Source: a virus
Length of the DNA: 64,000 nt
Virus record (IMG/VR): IMGVR_UViG_3300030047_000014
Coordinates: 56,748-120,747 of that record
Direction: 5' to 3' (one strand)
Numbering within the stretch: the first letter of the stretch is position 1; each line of letters starts with the position of its first letter. Of the stretch, positions 60,478 to 64,000 are shown piece by piece. The notes beneath the pieces are model-generated. The model made no database searches, had not been told where the DNA came from, and worked only from the letters and a program-made list of their open reading frames with translations. Both the position numbers and the translations under genes were made by a program.

Positions 60478-61138
60478 ATAGTCCTAAGAAGTTTTTATAA
60501 GAAGAAGAACTTGAGGCATGTTCAATATAGTATTTAAACTCCTCATTTTTTAAATATTCTTCTTTTGTTAATTCCCAGGGATAATGTCTGGCTACATATG
60601 GAAATGTTGCAGAGGATCCTCCAATAAAATAATCTCTTCTTTTATATAGAGCAAATGTAGTATCAATTGGTACTTCTGTATATACATCTATCTTTACGTC
60701 AGAGTTAACCCATCTGCTCTTCTCATACCCTTGCATATGATCATAGTAGGGGGATTCAGGAGTAACTCTCTGCCAGTCTAAGCCAAGTCCTATTTTAGAG
60801 ATATGCCATTGTCCTAAAGCAACTATTCTATTAAAAAGGTAATCTAATGTATCAGAAGGAGTATTCTCTAATCCTAGATCAGAATCAGATGTTACATAGT
60901 AATCTGATTTTAAAGCTTCCACACATCCAGAATCCCAAGGTGCTGTATGACCCATATTCTTATTTAGTTTTAATACTGTACAAGGATTTGTTTCATACCA
61001 CTCCAGAAGAGGTTCATATGTGGAATCATTATCTAATATAATGATTTCTCCTACATTATTATATGTCTTAATCTTCTCTATCATAGCTTTAGTCCAGGTA
61101 AGAAGATCTCTATTATTAATGATTACAGGTATTTTCAT
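60476..61138 (-). CDS. GT2-like glycosyltransferase
   Basis: VIINNRD...IIILDNDST...NMGH...YVTSDSDL...IDTTFALY. Confidence 0.75.
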   Translation of the reverse strand: MKIPVIINNRDLLTWTKAMIEKIKTYNNVGEIIILDNDSTYEPLLEWYETNPCTVLKLNKNMGHTAPWDSGCVEALKSDYYVTSDSDLGLENTPSDTLDYLFNRIVALGQWHISKIGLGLDWQRVTPESPYYDHMQGYEKSRWVNSDVKIDVYTEVPIDTTFALYKRRDYFIGGSSATFPYVARHYPWELTKEEYLKNEEFKYYIEHASSSSSYKNFLGL

Positions 61139-61701
61139 TTCTGAATGATTAAAAGTTTATCATCACAAAGGATTTGATACTTTTTAAAATAAGACATTGC
61201 ACCTTCTGCAGTAATTCCTTGATGGATATAAAACATTTCTCTGAATAACTTGCCTATTTGTGCTTGTGGGGCGTGAAGATCCTCTATGAAGTAATATCCC
61301 CCTTCTTTTAATAAAGGATAAAGAGCTTTAAAAGAAGCTACAATATCATCATAGTTATGACTTCCATCATCTACAATAAAATCATATCTGAAATCTCTGA
61401 ATTCTGCATTTATATATGCAGGATCTGCAGCATTCCCAATATTAACTCTTAGGTTCTTATTCTCCCAGGTAACAAAGTTTAATACTCCTGCATCAATATC
61501 AATACCAGTAATATCTAATTCAGGATTATATTCATACCACATTCTAAGAGAATCTCCATGCCATATCCCTATTTCAAAAAGATCATATTTACCTGTCTCA
61601 GGAATAATCTTTCCATATTCTTCTGTATAACCATGAGCTTCATAAGCTAATGTGCCTTTGTCACAGTTATATTTATTTGCTAATTCTGTAAGTCTATTCA
61701 T
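61135..61701 (-). CDS. Class I SAM O-methyltransferase (MycE/TylE-like sugar O-methyltransferase motifs)
   Basis: DKG...HGYT...FEIGI...GDSLRMW...GIDI...DFIVDDGSH...GGYYFIEDL. Confidence 0.75.
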   Translation of the reverse strand: MNRLTELANKYNCDKGTLAYEAHGYTEEYGKIIPETGKYDLFEIGIWHGDSLRMWYEYNPELDITGIDIDAGVLNFVTWENKNLRVNIGNAADPAYINAEFRDFRYDFIVDDGSHNYDDIVASFKALYPLLKEGGYYFIEDLHAPQAQIGKLFREMFYIHQGITAEGAMSYFKKYQILCDDKLLIIQK

Positions 61702-61880
61702 CTACTGTAATTATCATCAATTATTTTTCTAATCTCTGTAATTCCTTCAATAATTTTTTTGAAATAAGCATCTAAGATTCTAGGATCATCATAGAATATA
61801 TGTCCATAATCCTGAATAAAATAATAGAAATCTATTATTTCTCCCATTTCTTGTTTTTTTATTTCATTTATATCAGCCAT
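61698..61880 (-). CDS. Hypothetical protein
   Basis: 60 aa, tightly coupled within the - strand operon. Confidence 0.5.
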   Translation of the reverse strand: MADINEIKKQEMGEIIDFYYFIQDYGHIFYDDPRILDAYFKKIIEGITEIRKIIDDNYSR

Positions 61881-61881
61881 A

Positions 61882-62463
61882 TTAATTGTGTATAAAAAGT
61901 ACCTTGTTAATTTTTACTATTCTCTCATTAGGAAACTTAGTTTTAAAAGCTTCCACAAATAAACCATCAGCAGCATATTGTACTCCTAAAGGAATTTGTT
62001 GTGCTAAATCTCTACGTGTAGCAAAAGCTCCCATATCAATCTGATTGAATCCTGGCTCACATTTGAAATATTGATAGTCATAATGACTATGTACCATATC
62101 CCAATAGATCATTCCTGGAGCTCCTTTATTAGCAGCTTTAATTAACTCTTCTACAAAATTGGGAGTATAATAGTTATCATCTCCTGTCATTATAATATAG
62201 TCTGCAGTAGATAATTGTTTTCCTATTTCTCTTGGTGTATGTCCCCAGTCATTATAGCTGTGTTCTGTAAACTCAGCATAAATACGAGAATCATCTTGAG
62301 TAACTATAGTTTCCCATATTTTATTATCCCATCTATCCTCAAAACATCCATCCACAACTACCATAGCACTCCAATCTGAATTACCTTGAGCTAATAGAGA
62401 GGATAACATACATCTTAATAAATCTACTCTATCATATGTAGGTATTATGAATTCAACTTTCAT
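61882..62463 (-). CDS. GT2 glycosyltransferase
   Basis: FIIPTYDR...VVVDG...WGHTPR...TGDDNYY...ADG. Confidence 0.85.
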   Translation of the reverse strand: MKVEFIIPTYDRVDLLRCMLSSLLAQGNSDWSAMVVVDGCFEDRWDNKIWETIVTQDDSRIYAEFTEHSYNDWGHTPREIGKQLSTADYIIMTGDDNYYTPNFVEELIKAANKGAPGMIYWDMVHSHYDYQYFKCEPGFNQIDMGAFATRRDLAQQIPLGVQYAADGLFVEAFKTKFPNERIVKINKVLFIHN

Positions 62464-62677
62464 ATTTTATCATTTTAAGAGTTTCCTTAAGTATTTCTAC
62501 TTTCCTATATATAAGATTAAAATAAGCAACATTATTAAATTCTCTTTCTTCAGCTATCTTATTTATATCTTCTAACATTTTAATTTCATCCTCCATCATT
62601 CTTTCTTTAATTTTCTTTGAAGCATCTATAGGATCTTTACTATGTACATTAATGTCCATAATTTCGTGTAGTGTCAT
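62453..62677 (-). CDS. Hypothetical protein
   Basis: 74 aa overlapping both neighbours. Confidence 0.5.
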   Translation of the reverse strand: MTLHEIMDINVHSKDPIDASKKIKERMMEDEIKMLEDINKIAEEREFNNVAYFNLIYRKVEILKETLKMIKYES

Positions 62678-63417
62678 TTTAAAAAATCTTTTAGTTTCTG
62701 AATATAATCATATTTCCAATGTGGATTTAAATGAATATCTCCAGTAGGAATATTTCCTATCACTCTTTGATATTCAATATGTGCACTATGTCTTTGGATA
62801 ACATTAGGTCTTGTTCCATCATCCGTTCCCATTCCTGACATATGATACCCACGATTTCCCCAAACATATATCCAACTAACATTTTCATCAGTAGGATCTG
62901 CAAATACAATGTTCCTGGATGTCTCCTTTATCTTTATAACAAAGCTCATATCATATCCTGCATTCTCAAGAGGATATCCACCTATTTTTTCCCAGATCTT
63001 CCTACTAAATACAATACCTGAATTACCTACACCTGTTATAGCTTGAATATCTGGGGCATTCATAAGAATAGCCCTATGCCAGTGTAAAAGATCTGAATCA
63101 GGGATAAAATACTTAGATATATTACTAAGATGGTTAGGCAAAGCCAAATCATCATCATCCCACTGAGCAATAATATCCCCTTTACAACAACTGACTGCAA
63201 AATTTTCTTTCTCTCCAATAGTAGTGAATGTTTCATCTAAATTAATTATTCGTACATTAGGATGATCATATATTAATTTCTGAAGAGGATAATCATTCAC
63301 TATTACTAGTTCTCTTCCTCCAGGATAATCTTGCTGAAGAAAAGACTGAATAGACTCTTCAAGAAACTCTACTCTGCCATATGTTATACATTTGCAGCTA
63401 ATAAAAGGATATTCCAT
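62674..63417 (-). CDS. GT2 glycosyltransferase
   Basis: ITYGRVEFLEESIQSFLQQDY...IVND...QWDDDD...IGGYP...GYD. Confidence 0.85.
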   Translation of the reverse strand: MEYPFISCKCITYGRVEFLEESIQSFLQQDYPGGRELVIVNDYPLQKLIYDHPNVRIINLDETFTTIGEKENFAVSCCKGDIIAQWDDDDLALPNHLSNISKYFIPDSDLLHWHRAILMNAPDIQAITGVGNSGIVFSRKIWEKIGGYPLENAGYDMSFVIKIKETSRNIVFADPTDENVSWIYVWGNRGYHMSGMGTDDGTRPNVIQRHSAHIEYQRVIGNIPTGDIHLNPHWKYDYIQKLKDFLK

Positions 63418-63419
63418 AA

Positions 63420-63614
63420 TTATTTACGCTCTATATAAATTACAGATGTATCATCTGTTCTTAGAGGACCATAACAGAATCCTGCTATATCTCCTAGTTT
63501 ATGACATCTAGGAATAGAGGCTCCTTTATAAATACATCCTGAACAATCTTCACCAGGTACTACTACTAGATTTCTTCCATTATCAAGGAAGGTTTCATTA
63601 ACTTTCTTTTCCAT
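63420..63614 (-). CDS. Small Cys-containing hypothetical protein
   Basis: CSGCIY...C...C...RTD pattern. Confidence 0.55.
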   Translation of the reverse strand: MEKKVNETFLDNGRNLVVVPGEDCSGCIYKGASIPRCHKLGDIAGFCYGPLRTDDTSVIYIERK

Positions 63615-64000
63615 TATAAATTGTATTTGATTTTTAAGTATTCTCTGCGTTTATTAATCTCTGGATATCTATATATATCATTTCCTACATTAGTATGCTC
63701 ATCAAGAGTAAGAAGAATGATATTCTCTTCATTAAGTTTAGCTTCTTCATGTTTTTCTTTCTCTAGAATGTGGTGAAAGAAGACTGTTAAAGGTTCTCTT
63801 CCTAAATATGTACCTGAGATTTCTGATTCATGTTTTCTTTTATTCCAAATAGAAAGAAAAAAAGCTCTCATCTCAAGTACATCATCAAATATCTTAGACA
63901 TTTCTTCCTTTGAAGGAACTTTAGAATAGATTCTCTTTCGTGGTATGTGATTTTTACACAGACCATTTGACCATATATTATTATTACAATTCTCTATTTT
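63614..64000 (-). CDS. Partial HNH-like nuclease (frame stays open to the window edge)
   Basis: Upstream in-frame KIENCNNNIWSNGLCKNH, then EISG...FHHILEK...NIILLTLDEH. Confidence 0.55.
   Translation of the reverse strand, partial: KIENCNNNIWSNGLCKNHIPRKRIYSKVPSKEEMSKIFDDVLEMRAFFLSIWNKRKHESEISGTYLGREPLTVFFHHILEKEKHEEAKLNEENIILLTLDEHTNVGNDIYRYPEINKRREYLKIKYNL

Noticed and set aside
1-64000. Stop-codon reassignment as in some crAss-like phages
   Set aside because: Very long ORFs are intact in the standard code, and TAG/TGA end genes at plausible boundaries.
1-64000. tRNA or rRNA genes
   Set aside because: Intergenic gaps are short and AT-rich; no cloverleaf recognised.

Overview
A 64-kb, AT-rich segment of a crAss-like (Crassvirales-type) Bacteroidota phage genome, read in the standard genetic code. 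It covers the virion module on the + strand: ring/structural proteins, an IHF-like protein, tail tube, a split tail-stabilization (muzzle) gene, cargo proteins, a 4228-aa virion RNA polymerase with the DFDID motif, a nuclease-bearing cargo protein, Gly-Thr-Ser repeat fibres, beta-helix proteins and a lysis cassette. Three free-standing homing endonucleases interrupt it, and a convergent - strand block starts at about 60.5 kb. The main candidate system is phage-encoded virion protein O-glycosylation. At least seven predicted structural proteins carry poly-Thr tracts, one has a ~210-aa mucin-like stalk, and two fibres consist largely of (G-T/S-S)n triplets. The same window encodes about seven glycosyltransferase domains, two of which resemble protein Ser/Thr/Hyp O-glycosyltransferases (TibC/AAH-like and HPAT/SGT1-like), plus a sugar O-methyltransferase-like enzyme. 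All family assignments come from motifs recognised by eye and were not checked against any database.
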